NCBI GenBank assembly: GCA_030141605.1
Contig: JAQGDQ010002416.1
Span: forward strand, 1 to 57,997
Direction: 5' to 3'
From: Tubiluchus corallicola
Taxonomy: Eukaryota > Animalia > Priapulida
Length of the DNA stretch: 57,997 nucleotides
Positions within the stretch are counted from its first letter, which is position 1; every line of letters begins with the position of its first letter. The position numbers were made by a program, and so were the translations under genes. Below are positions 11,210 through 20,933 of this stretch, one piece after another. Under the pieces are notes generated by a model that ran no database searches, was not told where the DNA came from, and saw only the letters and a program-made list of their open reading frames with translations.

Positions 11210-13936
11210 TTAAAAATTCAACGTAGTTCTTAGCATGATTCTACGAGGAAGTATAGGCCTACCTATAAAGTATTCATCTTCTCCTTGCGCATCGCCAACA
11301 CGAGGGCTTCCCTCTGTAATACCATTACTATCGAACAAGTTAAATACAGACAGTCCTAATCTTAAAAAGGTTGCTTTTGTATCTTCTGTGGATTTTTTCA
11401 AATTGAAAGTATAACCAGCATCTAGTCTACTAATTTCATAGCCCTCTAATTCAGTAGCGTTTGCATTGTCGGCAAATGCTTTTCCTAAGTATTTAATAGA
11501 ATATCCCGCATCTATTCCATTTTTATTATAAAAAAGTCCCATTGTCATCATAAAACGCGGTTGGCGTCTAAGCCAATTGCCCTCGAAAGAAGGGTCGTTG
11601 CCCCATTCATCTACTGTATGGTATTGATACGTGATAGAACCATCAAACGATAAACCTGACAATACCATCCAATTCCAAGAACTCTCTGCTCCTATACTAG
11701 TAGTAGCAGAAGTTTCAACCCGTTCTACTAAGCCTCCTTGTCCGTCATCTACATAGTCTACTTGCGTTCTATTGTTCATCTTAATATAATAGGTAGCCAG
11801 CGTTAAAATGAAATTGTCTCCCCCAAATTTCCACCCAAGCTCTCCTTGATAAATATTTTCAGCATCCAAATCAGGGTAGACCCTATCTCCATTACTATTG
11901 CGTAATTGTATGCTGCGCAAAGAATTAAAGTAATATCCTTTTGAGCCATTAATATATATATTTTGTCGTTCGTTTAGCTTATAATTAGCAGCTACTGCCA
12001 CTGCCCAAGCATCAGCACTTACATCGTGTATATCAAAATTCCCCGTTCCCCATTTCATTGTGCTGCCATCAACAGTAAAGTCATCTACTTGCTCTTCTTG
12101 TACTTGCCCCCAATGAGACTCATATCTAAAACCAATATCTAACCTAAGTCTACTGGATAAAACCATTTCATCTGTAAGAAATAAAGCTGTCTTAGTAGAT
12201 TGTAGTTTTTTATTAAAATAACCTACACCTTTTCCAGATATTCCATTTGAACTATAAGATTCACTTTCGCCTCCTTCGGGAGTAGTAGTATAATCTACAT
12301 TCACTAAACGAGGCACATTATTTAACTCTCCCAAATAGCGAGTAGTTATATTAAAGTCTTCTACCTTCATACGCGACATAAAAGAACCTATGGAAATGTT
12401 ATGTGTTTGTCCTGATGCAGTTTCTAGCATCTTGGTTAAACTTATGCTGTTTGACATATCTGAGAAAGGCCTATTTCTATCCAATATTCTATTTTCAAAA
12501 AGCAAAGCATCGGAAGCTAAAGTCTCTCCATTATCAGCATAAGTAAATGTTTGTGAATTAGCATTAATATCTCTATTAGACAAAAATTCTTCTTGAGTTT
12601 CTGGGCGATTTACCAACCCACCTCCATCTAAGAACAAACCAAATTGATGGTCGTATTGGGCAGTTTTAAAATTAACATTAAATATCAAATCTTCACTTTC
12701 ACCCCAATATATATTGTTTTTTTGTACGGGGTCGTTTTTTATATTGTATAGTTCGGTGCCTCCTACTACTCTCCAGTCTTCAGACATTATGGCACTACTT
12801 TTGAAGAGGGCTTTTCTATCTCCTACTTTGGTTTCGGTAATGAGTATTCTGTCCTTCCAAGTGTTTGTTTCTCCTTCTAAGAGAGGGAGTAGGCTTTCTC
12901 CGTCAAATTGTGTGTTTTTATGAACTTTGAGGTTGCACAGATCTATCAAAGTTGGTAATATATCTATATGGGCTGTTAGTTTTGAGACTTCTGTATTATT
13001 TTTAAGTTTTCCATTAGGATAGTACAGTATGAAGGGCACTCGGTGTCCTCCTTCGTAAACACTTCCTTTTGTTCCTCGCATTCCTGCATTAAACAGTCCT
13101 TTCTCTTTTCCTGCTATGGCTGAGCCATTATCAGACATATAGATAAGAATTGTGTTTTTTTCTAAGTTGTTGTCTTTTAGGTATTTTCTTAGGCGTGCTA
13201 CATTGTCGTCCATATTAGTGCACATTGCGTAAAACTCTTGAGCTCTTGTTGTAGAAAATATCCCTTCGTACATGTCTAAGTATTTTTGGGGTGCTCCTAC
13301 GGGAGTGTGCATAGCAGCAGTAGGGAGGTAACAGAAAAATGGACTGTCTTTATTTTTGTCTATAAAGTCTATTACTTTGTCAAATTGTATATCTGTATAA
13401 TATCCTTTCGTTTGCACCCATTCTTGTCCGTCCCAATGATAAGGGTCAAAAATAGAATTTCCCCAGTAGTCTTCTATTTGACCTACGCTACCTCCTCCTA
13501 TTTTAAAAACTTCTTGAAATCCTCTGTCTTCTGGTCTATAAGGGTAACTCTCTCCTAAATGCCATTTGCCTACCATCTGTGTTTTGTATCCATTGTCTTC
13601 GAATATATTACTTATCATCTGTTCTGTTTTTCTTACTATATTTTCTCCACCCACGGTATGCCATACTCCTACTCTACTTGAATATTTCCCTGTAACTATT
13701 GCAGCTCGCGAAGGGGCACATACAGAGCTGACGTGGAAGTTGGTAAAATTAACCCCTTCTTGAGCTAGTTTATCTATGTGTGGAGTTTTAATAATGGCAT
13801 TGCCACTAAAAGACACTTCTCCATAACCCTGATCGTCGGTAAGAATAAGTATGACGTTCGGTTTACTGATAGAATGTATTTGAAAGTTAGCTATAAGTAT
13901 GAATAAAATCAGTACTAAAATCTTTTTAATTTTCAT
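11210..13936 (-). CDS. Chimeric ORF: S1 sulfatase (aa ~1-409) fused in frame to the C-terminal beta-barrel of a TonB-dependent receptor (aa ~410-908)
   Basis: N-terminal half has PNVILILTDDQGY, CAPSR, GKWHLG, SDNG, YEGGHRVP and ELYNIKNDP. C-terminal half has amphipathic strands, LDIGFRYE, SVFNLFD and a terminal F. No plug domain. Confidence 0.8.
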   Translation of the reverse strand: MKIKKILVLILFILIANFQIHSISKPNVILILTDDQGYGEVSFSGNAIIKTPHIDKLAQEGVNFTNFHVSSVCAPSRAAIVTGKYSSRVGVWHTVGGENIVRKTEQMISNIFEDNGYKTQMVGKWHLGESYPYRPEDRGFQEVFKIGGGSVGQIEDYWGNSIFDPYHWDGQEWVQTKGYYTDIQFDKVIDFIDKNKDSPFFCYLPTAAMHTPVGAPQKYLDMYEGIFSTTRAQEFYAMCTNMDDNVARLRKYLKDNNLEKNTILIYMSDNGSAIAGKEKGLFNAGMRGTKGSVYEGGHRVPFILYYPNGKLKNNTEVSKLTAHIDILPTLIDLCNLKVHKNTQFDGESLLPLLEGETNTWKDRILITETKVGDRKALFKSSAIMSEDWRVVGGTELYNIKNDPVQKNNIYWGESEDLIFNVNFKTAQYDHQFGLFLDGGGLVNRPETQEEFLSNRDINANSQTFTYADNGETLASDALLFENRILDRNRPFSDMSNSISLTKMLETASGQTHNISIGSFMSRMKVEDFNITTRYLGELNNVPRLVNVDYTTTPEGGESESYSSNGISGKGVGYFNKKLQSTKTALFLTDEMVLSSRLRLDIGFRYESHWGQVQEEQVDDFTVDGSTMKWGTGNFDIHDVSADAWAVAVAANYKLNERQNIYINGSKGYYFNSLRSIQLRNSNGDRVYPDLDAENIYQGELGWKFGGDNFILTLATYYIKMNNRTQVDYVDDGQGGLVERVETSATTSIGAESSWNWMVLSGLSFDGSITYQYHTVDEWGNDPSFEGNWLRRQPRFMMTMGLFYNKNGIDAGYSIKYLGKAFADNANATELEGYEISRLDAGYTFNLKKSTEDTKATFLRLGLSVFNLFDSNGITEGSPRVGDAQGEDEYFIGRPILPRRIMLRTTLNF

Positions 13937-15467
13937 TTGTTAACCACTTTATTTGGTACCATTCTCCTGTGCCTACATCGTTCTTTTGAGGCTTGCCTTT
14001 GGTGCTTCTGCCTTCTTGAATGTATTTAGCTGCAAGATTTTGTAGTTTATTTGTTATTTTGGGATATTCTTTATACACATTATCTTTTTGCGATATGTCT
14101 TTTTTTAAGTTATAAAGCTGCAAGGGAGATTCATCATCCAATTCATACGGATTTCCCCCAGAACCTTCATGGATAAGTAGAACCCAATCACCTTGCCTAA
14201 TAGCTAAATCTCCTTTACTTGATTGTTGCATGGTTGCTTCTCTTAAAGGCGACTTGTGTTTTTGGTTGAGGAATATTGGCAATAGATTGTAGCTGTCTTC
14301 TCCTACATTATCTGGCAATGTTTTATTAAACATTGCGACGGTGGTGGCTAGTAAGTCTACTTGCGAGATGGTTTCTTCTGATATGCTTCCTGCTTTTATT
14401 TTATTTTTCCAGCTGACGATAAATGGAACTCTATGTCCTCCTTCCCAATTATCGCGTTTACATCCTCTAAAATGGTATGCTCCGTCGTGGTTAAATTCTT
14501 TTTGTATATTGTACATTATTCTTTCGGGTCCATTGTCGCTTGTAAAGTATATAAGGGTATTTTCTTCTATTTGGTTTTCTTTTACTGCTTTCATTATTTG
14601 TCCTACTACCCAATCTGTCTCTACTACAAAGTCGCCGTATTCGCCTGCTTGGCTCATTCCTATAAAAGTGTCGTTAGGGGCAATGGGTTTGTGGGGTGAA
14701 CTTAAAGAAAAATACAAGAAGAAAGGATTTTCTTTGTTGGCTTGCTCATTGATGTAATAGACAGCCTTTTTAGTAAATGTAGGCAGCACCTTTTTTATGT
14801 CCCAACTCTTCACCATCCAGCCATCTCTCCCATTTTTTAACCTTTGGTTAGTTTCTCTGTCATTTTTACGAATAAAAAAATAATCAGGTATTTGAGTTAC
14901 TCTTCTATTTTCAATAAATACGTGCGGAGCCATACCAAGCGATGCAGATATTCCGAAGAAATAATCAAAACCGTAATCATTAGGAGATGTTATAATGTCT
15001 TTATTGAAATCAGCATTTTTTAAGCCTTTTTTTAGAGATTCTCCATCTTTAGTCTCCCATACCATCCCCAAATGCCATTTACCTATACAAGCTGTATTGT
15101 AGTCCTCTTTTTTCAGGAATGATGCTACTGTCATTCTTTTATCTTCTATCAGTGGCAAGCTGTTGCCGTGTAGGACTCCTCGTTTCAATCTTGAACGCCA
15201 AGGGTAACGACCTGTAAGAACAGAGTAGCGAGAGGGGGTGCAAAGAGATGCTGAGGAATGAGCATCTGTAAAGTTCATTCCTTGCTGTGCTAGTTTATCT
15301 ATGTTTGGGGTTTGTATTTTTGAATTAGGGTTTAAGCAGCTTACATCACCATAACCTAAATCATCAGTATATATGTATATGATATTAGGCAAATCTTTAG
15401 AAAAGGCTAGTGTTTTTAAAGACAACATTATCATTATCCAGAGCAATACTAAAGCTTTTGCCTGCAT
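13926..15467 (-). CDS. Arylsulfatase (S1 formylglycine family)
   Basis: PNIIYIYTDDLGYGD, CTPSRYSVLTG, GKWHLG, TSDNG and WEGGHRVP. Signal peptide if translation starts at 15467 (MQAKALV) rather than 15557. Confidence 0.92.
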   Translation of the reverse strand: MQAKALVLLWIMIMLSLKTLAFSKDLPNIIYIYTDDLGYGDVSCLNPNSKIQTPNIDKLAQQGMNFTDAHSSASLCTPSRYSVLTGRYPWRSRLKRGVLHGNSLPLIEDKRMTVASFLKKEDYNTACIGKWHLGMVWETKDGESLKKGLKNADFNKDIITSPNDYGFDYFFGISASLGMAPHVFIENRRVTQIPDYFFIRKNDRETNQRLKNGRDGWMVKSWDIKKVLPTFTKKAVYYINEQANKENPFFLYFSLSSPHKPIAPNDTFIGMSQAGEYGDFVVETDWVVGQIMKAVKENQIEENTLIYFTSDNGPERIMYNIQKEFNHDGAYHFRGCKRDNWEGGHRVPFIVSWKNKIKAGSISEETISQVDLLATTVAMFNKTLPDNVGEDSYNLLPIFLNQKHKSPLREATMQQSSKGDLAIRQGDWVLLIHEGSGGNPYELDDESPLQLYNLKKDISQKDNVYKEYPKITNKLQNLAAKYIQEGRSTKGKPQKNDVGTGEWYQIKWLTNEN

Positions 15468-15715
15468 CTCTGTGGCTTGTTTAAAATTTGAGATAAAAGT
15501 AGTGGTTTTATTTGACATGTATTTACAATAAATTTCCCAAAAGTAACACAAACGCAACGCAATCGTATTTTGTGAAAAATGTGTTAGAATTAGAGAGAAA
15601 TATACTAACGTTACTTTGTTTTCAGAACTTATCTTTAATAATTTTATTTATGAAGCTAAATTTATGCCATATAGGCAGTTATTATAAGGAGCAAATTTGC
15701 CAAGATCAATAAAGT

Positions 15716-18700
15716 ATGAATGAAAATAAAGCGATATTACTAATATTACTAATATTTACCTATTCTTCTATTTTCTCTCAAAAAGAATCTACAATAACTA
15801 TTACAGGAAAAATTACTTCTGCTGATGACAATAGTTCTTTACCGGGGGTAACTGTTGTAGAAAAAGGAACAAACAATGGTGCCATCAGTAGTTTCGAAGG
15901 GGAGTATACTATAACAGCTCCCAATACAGCAACTCTTGTCTTCTCCTTTGTTGGTTATGAGACGCAAGAAATCTCCATAAGGCATAGAACTGTAATTAAT
16001 GTAATAATGAGAACGACATCAGAACAGTTGGACGAAGTAGTTGTGGTAGCATACAATACACAAACCAGAAGGGAACTAACTAGCTCTTATGCAGTTGTTG
16101 ATAGGCAAGACATTACTAATACGGGCGATGTGTCAGTTACCGAAGGCTTGCAGGGTCGAGTGGCAGGAGTTTACATATCTTCAAGCGAAGGTTCTCCGGG
16201 TAGTGGTATGAGCGTACAAATAAGGGGATTGTCATCTTTAGAAGCAAGTAATGAGCCTTTGTACATAATAGATGGCGTACCTATAGAAGTTGAGACTGAA
16301 GCATTGGACAATGGGTTGAATGATGAGGGTACAACAGTGAACCCACTTGCCGATTATCCCATAGAAGATATAGAATCTATTACAATACTAAAAGATGCTA
16401 CAGCCACTGCACTTTATGGATCTAGAGCTGCGAATGGGGTAGTTATTATCACTACAAAAAGAGGCCTAGCAGGGAAGGCACAAATAAATTTTAAAGCACG
16501 GTATGGCGTCCAATCTATCTCCAAAAAATTAGACCTTTTAGATTCTTACCAGTTTATATATATGAAAATGCAAGAAAATGGCGGGAAGAATTATAATTTT
16601 GATGAACATCCTATCATAGGAAGCATACCTACCAAAGATGAGAATGGCAATATTATCGTATACGAAGAGTGGAAAGATATGCTGATGGCTACGGGCTTTG
16701 ACACTACCAATACTAATTGGCAAGATGAAATGTACAGAATGGGAGCGGTGCAAGATTATTATCTCAATATAAATGGAGGAAGTGATAATACAGTTTATAA
16801 TGTAGGGGCAGGGTATTTGACCCACACTGGAATAATACAAAACACTCTTTATGAAAAATATACTTTAAAATCAAGATTAAATTTTGACATCAATTCTAAG
16901 TTAAAAGCTGACTTATCTGTCATTGGTTCATACACTAGAAGAGAGGGAGCCGCTACTGGGGGAAGTACCAATAATCCACAAAATAAGGGAATTGTACAGT
17001 CCATAGTAGAAACAGCCCCCTTACGAAGTCCTGATTATCAAAAGGAATTAGAGTATTATTTAAACTCTCTTAATGATGGAGAAGATGATACCGATGATGA
17101 ATCTGGGCTTAGGTCTACCAACCCTTACAACTTTGCATATAATGTAACTAACATTATTGAAACTACTAACTTGGTGGGTAATTTAAGGTTAAGCTATACT
17201 ATAACAGACCACTTAACTTTTAGATTCAGGAGTGGAATAGTTAAAAATTTTACTGATGGAGACATCTTTTTTCCTTACACTACGGGACAAGGCTATGGAA
17301 GCTCTGGGGGAGGCACTCTCGGCAAAGCTGTTATTAATAGAAACAGCACTTCAAAATGGGACATAGAAAACATTCTAAATTATGATAAGGTTTTCAACCG
17401 AATTCACAAATTAGACCTTATGGTAGGTTTTACTATGGAAAAAAACAACCAATCTCAAAGGAATTTTCAATTTACAGGGTTTGGGAGCGACGATGTTAAG
17501 ATGCCACCTTTAACCAAAGCTACAGATTTTAATGTAAAAAAGGATATAACACGTATGAGTTCTTTGATGGGAACTTTACTATTCATCAATTATGGCTTGA
17601 AAAAGAAATATTATTTTACATTATCTGGGCGTGTCGATGGTTCATCACGTTTTTCAGAAGGCAATAAATGGGGCTTGTTCTATTCAGGAGCAGTGGCTTG
17701 GAGGTTAGGAGATGAAGATTTTATAAAAGACTTAAATGTTTTTAGCGATTTAAAAATAAGAAGTAGTTTAGGCTATACAGGCAACCAAAGAATAACTCCC
17801 AATGCTTCGTTATATACCTTTACCACAGATGGAAGATACACTACAGGAGAAAATAATAGCAACAATCAGAGCGGCTATCTTATAGATAATGTGCCAAATA
17901 ATAACTTGACATGGCAAACTACTGAACAATTGGATGTAGGTCTAGATATGGGCTTATTTGAAAATAAAATGTATTTTGTAGTAGATGTATTCCAAAAAAT
18001 AACAAGCGACCTATTGGTAAGGCTAGATGTTCCTATATATTCTACTGGGACAACACGATATTTTGCCAATGTAGGAAATGTAGAAAATAAAGGTTTAGAG
18101 ATATCTTTTAAATTTACTCCCGTAGCATTTCGAAATTTTAAGTGGAATAATAATTTTAACATTTCATTTATAGAGAATAAAGTACTTTCATTGAACGGGG
18201 GGACAGGCTACTTACAAGTAGGAAGAGGAAATACTACTTCTAGGATTATTGTAGGAGAAGGAATAGGAATATGGTATGGTTATGTTGTTGATGGCATCTA
18301 CCAATCGGAAGAAGAAATTGCAGAATATCTTCCCAATCTAAACGAAGGAAGTATTACCAATTTTGAGCCAGGAAGGGCAAAATATAAAGATTTGGATGGC
18401 AATGGTTATATAGATGAAAACGATAGGACTGTTATTGGCAGGAGCAACCCTAAACATTTTGGTGGTTTTTCATCTACTTTTACTTACAAAAACTTTAGTC
18501 TAAACGTATATTTTCAATGGGTATATGGCACGCAAGTATACAACAACCTAAGGCAGAAATTGGAACTTGACAGAAATTCTTTTTCTACAAATGCTTCTAC
18601 AAGAATATTAGAATTTTGGAGACCAACTGTTTATGACGAAGCTGGTAATGTAATTTATGAAGGCAACCCAAATACAGATGTAAATGCCTTAGATACAGAT

Positions 18701-18991
18701 ATTTCTGACGGGATTGTAGAAAGCAGATATATAGAAGACAATTCTTTTCTCCGATTTCAAACAGTAAATGTGTCTTATCAATTTCCAAAGAAATGGATAA
18801 AAAAAGCCAATATTAACCAGTTAAATGTTTTTTTAAGAGGAGATAATTTATATGTGTGGACTAAATATTTGGGATATGACCCAGAAGTAAACCAAAACAA
18901 TGGCGAAAATAACAGATACCTTGGGGCAATAGACAGAGGTGCTCATCCCAGATCAAGAACAATTTCTATGGGTGTAAACATAAATTTTTAA
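15716..18991 (+). CDS. susC: SusC/RagA-family TonB-dependent transporter
   Basis: LPGVTVVEKGT, PLYIIDGVP, ILKDATATALYGSRAANGVVIITTKRG, LTWQTT and GYDPEV; terminal F. Confidence 0.95.
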   Translation: MNENKAILLILLIFTYSSIFSQKESTITITGKITSADDNSSLPGVTVVEKGTNNGAISSFEGEYTITAPNTATLVFSFVGYETQEISIRHRTVINVIMRTTSEQLDEVVVVAYNTQTRRELTSSYAVVDRQDITNTGDVSVTEGLQGRVAGVYISSSEGSPGSGMSVQIRGLSSLEASNEPLYIIDGVPIEVETEALDNGLNDEGTTVNPLADYPIEDIESITILKDATATALYGSRAANGVVIITTKRGLAGKAQINFKARYGVQSISKKLDLLDSYQFIYMKMQENGGKNYNFDEHPIIGSIPTKDENGNIIVYEEWKDMLMATGFDTTNTNWQDEMYRMGAVQDYYLNINGGSDNTVYNVGAGYLTHTGIIQNTLYEKYTLKSRLNFDINSKLKADLSVIGSYTRREGAATGGSTNNPQNKGIVQSIVETAPLRSPDYQKELEYYLNSLNDGEDDTDDESGLRSTNPYNFAYNVTNIIETTNLVGNLRLSYTITDHLTFRFRSGIVKNFTDGDIFFPYTTGQGYGSSGGGTLGKAVINRNSTSKWDIENILNYDKVFNRIHKLDLMVGFTMEKNNQSQRNFQFTGFGSDDVKMPPLTKATDFNVKKDITRMSSLMGTLLFINYGLKKKYYFTLSGRVDGSSRFSEGNKWGLFYSGAVAWRLGDEDFIKDLNVFSDLKIRSSLGYTGNQRITPNASLYTFTTDGRYTTGENNSNNQSGYLIDNVPNNNLTWQTTEQLDVGLDMGLFENKMYFVVDVFQKITSDLLVRLDVPIYSTGTTRYFANVGNVENKGLEISFKFTPVAFRNFKWNNNFNISFIENKVLSLNGGTGYLQVGRGNTTSRIIVGEGIGIWYGYVVDGIYQSEEEIAEYLPNLNEGSITNFEPGRAKYKDLDGNGYIDENDRTVIGRSNPKHFGGFSSTFTYKNFSLNVYFQWVYGTQVYNNLRQKLELDRNSFSTNASTRILEFWRPTVYDEAGNVIYEGNPNTDVNALDTDISDGIVESRYIEDNSFLRFQTVNVSYQFPKKWIKKANINQLNVFLRGDNLYVWTKYLGYDPEVNQNNGENNRYLGAIDRGAHPRSRTISMGVNINF

Positions 18992-20869
18992 GTGATGAAA
19001 AAGCTAATTTTAACCGTTTGCATTGTATTATTGCTGCCCAGTTGTAGCTTCTTAGATGAAAAAACAACATTGGTGGTAAAGGACGAAGTGTTTTCTTCGG
19101 AAAACAATATAGAATCACTCTTAATAGGAGCATATAGTTACCTTGTAAAAGGGGGACAGGTAAGTTATTTTAGGCACTTAATGACTCTTGAAGTTCGCTC
19201 ATCATATATAAAAGGAGTGGGGGGGAATAGAGGTCCTGGAACGGAAAAAAACTTTGATGAGTTAGATGTTTTTGAATTTAAGAGAATAAGTTCTGAGGAT
19301 GGAAGAATACGAGAGCTTTGGGAAGATATGTATACTATAATAACTCAAACCAACTTAATAGTTGAAGAACTTACGGCAGAGGATTTTAATGTAGAGATGA
19401 ACGAATTAAAGAAAAATAGGTTTGTAGCAGAAGCTAAATTCCTTCGTGCCTTGGGATATTTTACATTAGTGCGCTGCTTTGGCGAAGTGCCTCTTGTTAT
19501 TAATGCCCCTGGCACTGTAGAAGATTTTCAAGACCTGTTTATACCTAAAAATACCACACAAGAAATATATGCTCAAATAATACAAGACTTAAAATACACC
19601 GAAAAACATACTTTTTATAAACCTGGCTCAAGTTTAGGAGACCATAACAACACTTACAATATAGTAGACCAAGGGCGAATATCCAAAGCTGCTGCTAAGG
19701 GAATGTTAGCCAAAGTATACCTTACCTTAGCTACTTGCAAAGATTTTGCTGCTTCGGACTATTCTCTATATAGGGATATGTATAACTGGGTAGATGCTGC
19801 TGTATACTACGATAGTGCTATTGTATATGCACAGAAAGTAATAGATATGGCCAATTCTGGGGGCAATATAGGCTTGGAAAGTGATTTTACCTACCTTTTT
19901 AATTTAGGAAATTCCAACAACATAGAGTCTTTATTTGAAATACAGCATAGTGAAAGAATTGATAGAGGCGATAGATGTGGCTCGCTTACAGGACCTTTCA
20001 GATCGCACACCTCGGCATTTACAATACCGCATCCTACATCGGGATTTGGCTTAATAGCAGCTGCCGACCAACTCGTTAATCTATTTGACTATGAGTATGA
20101 CTTTGCAAATAAGATAAACTATATTGATGATACAGTAAGAACATATAAGAAAAATGAAGATGAAGTAGATCAAATAGATACTACCTACACCGATGAACTC
20201 AAAATAAAAGAGAAATCAGATATTAGATTCTTTTGGACAATCTATGATTACGGGTATAAGATTGCTCGCACGAAACCTAATCTTTCTAAAGATGATGGGT
20301 TGGTAAAGGTGCAGATTATCAATAACAACGACTTATTTGTAGATGATGCAGAGGAAAGTTTAGAAGCCGAACTTGGGTTTGGTAAGCATAGGTTCCCCAG
20401 TATACCTGCGGACTATGACAATACAGGTCTTAACTTTATGGTGTTACGCTATGCGGAAATATTGCTTATTTATGCTGAAGCTGTGAACGAACTTAGAGGC
20501 CCTGGAGAGGCTTACCCATACATCAACGCCATAAGGCAAAGGGCGAGAAATGGTTCTTCTCTTTTTAGCTATCCTGCCAGCCAATACCCCGAAGATGCTT
20601 CAGGGCTTACACAGGCAGGTATGAGAGAGGAAATAAGAAAGGAAAGAATAAAAGAGTTAGCAGTAGAAGGGCATATATATTTTGACCAACTGAGACACGG
20701 CACTTTATTAGATGGTTTGCGAGACCTACAATACTACTCAAACAACAACAACCCCAACCCTGTATGGTTTGGAGAAATGGTAGAACCCGTAGAAAAGTAT
20801 ATGATAATGCCAATACCTCAAAGAGCATTGGATAAAAACCCTAGCTTAAAACAGAACCTTATGTGGTAG
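18992..20869 (+). CDS. susD: SusD/RagB-family lipoprotein
   Basis: Lipobox LPSC, AEAKFLRALGYF, FGEVPL, LRYAEILLIYAEA, ERIKELAVEG and NPSLKQN. Confidence 0.93.
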   Translation: MMKKLILTVCIVLLLPSCSFLDEKTTLVVKDEVFSSENNIESLLIGAYSYLVKGGQVSYFRHLMTLEVRSSYIKGVGGNRGPGTEKNFDELDVFEFKRISSEDGRIRELWEDMYTIITQTNLIVEELTAEDFNVEMNELKKNRFVAEAKFLRALGYFTLVRCFGEVPLVINAPGTVEDFQDLFIPKNTTQEIYAQIIQDLKYTEKHTFYKPGSSLGDHNNTYNIVDQGRISKAAAKGMLAKVYLTLATCKDFAASDYSLYRDMYNWVDAAVYYDSAIVYAQKVIDMANSGGNIGLESDFTYLFNLGNSNNIESLFEIQHSERIDRGDRCGSLTGPFRSHTSAFTIPHPTSGFGLIAAADQLVNLFDYEYDFANKINYIDDTVRTYKKNEDEVDQIDTTYTDELKIKEKSDIRFFWTIYDYGYKIARTKPNLSKDDGLVKVQIINNNDLFVDDAEESLEAELGFGKHRFPSIPADYDNTGLNFMVLRYAEILLIYAEAVNELRGPGEAYPYINAIRQRARNGSSLFSYPASQYPEDASGLTQAGMREEIRKERIKELAVEGHIYFDQLRHGTLLDGLRDLQYYSNNNNPNPVWFGEMVEPVEKYMIMPIPQRALDKNPSLKQNLMW

Positions 20870-20933
20870 TGAATATTCGAAAATGAAACCAAAAATGAGT
20901 ATATTTATTACTAGATTTTAATTTTTTACCATT

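Noticed and set aside
13951-13962. TGGTACCA as a second att copy of the tRNA-Phe 3' end
   Set aside because: Only about 8 bp, inside a sulfatase coding sequence; expected by chance.
15545-15620. LacI-like operator half-sites in the sulfatase/susC divergent region (CGCAATCG, CTAACGTTAC)
   Set aside because: Symmetry is weak and there is no cognate regulator in the window.
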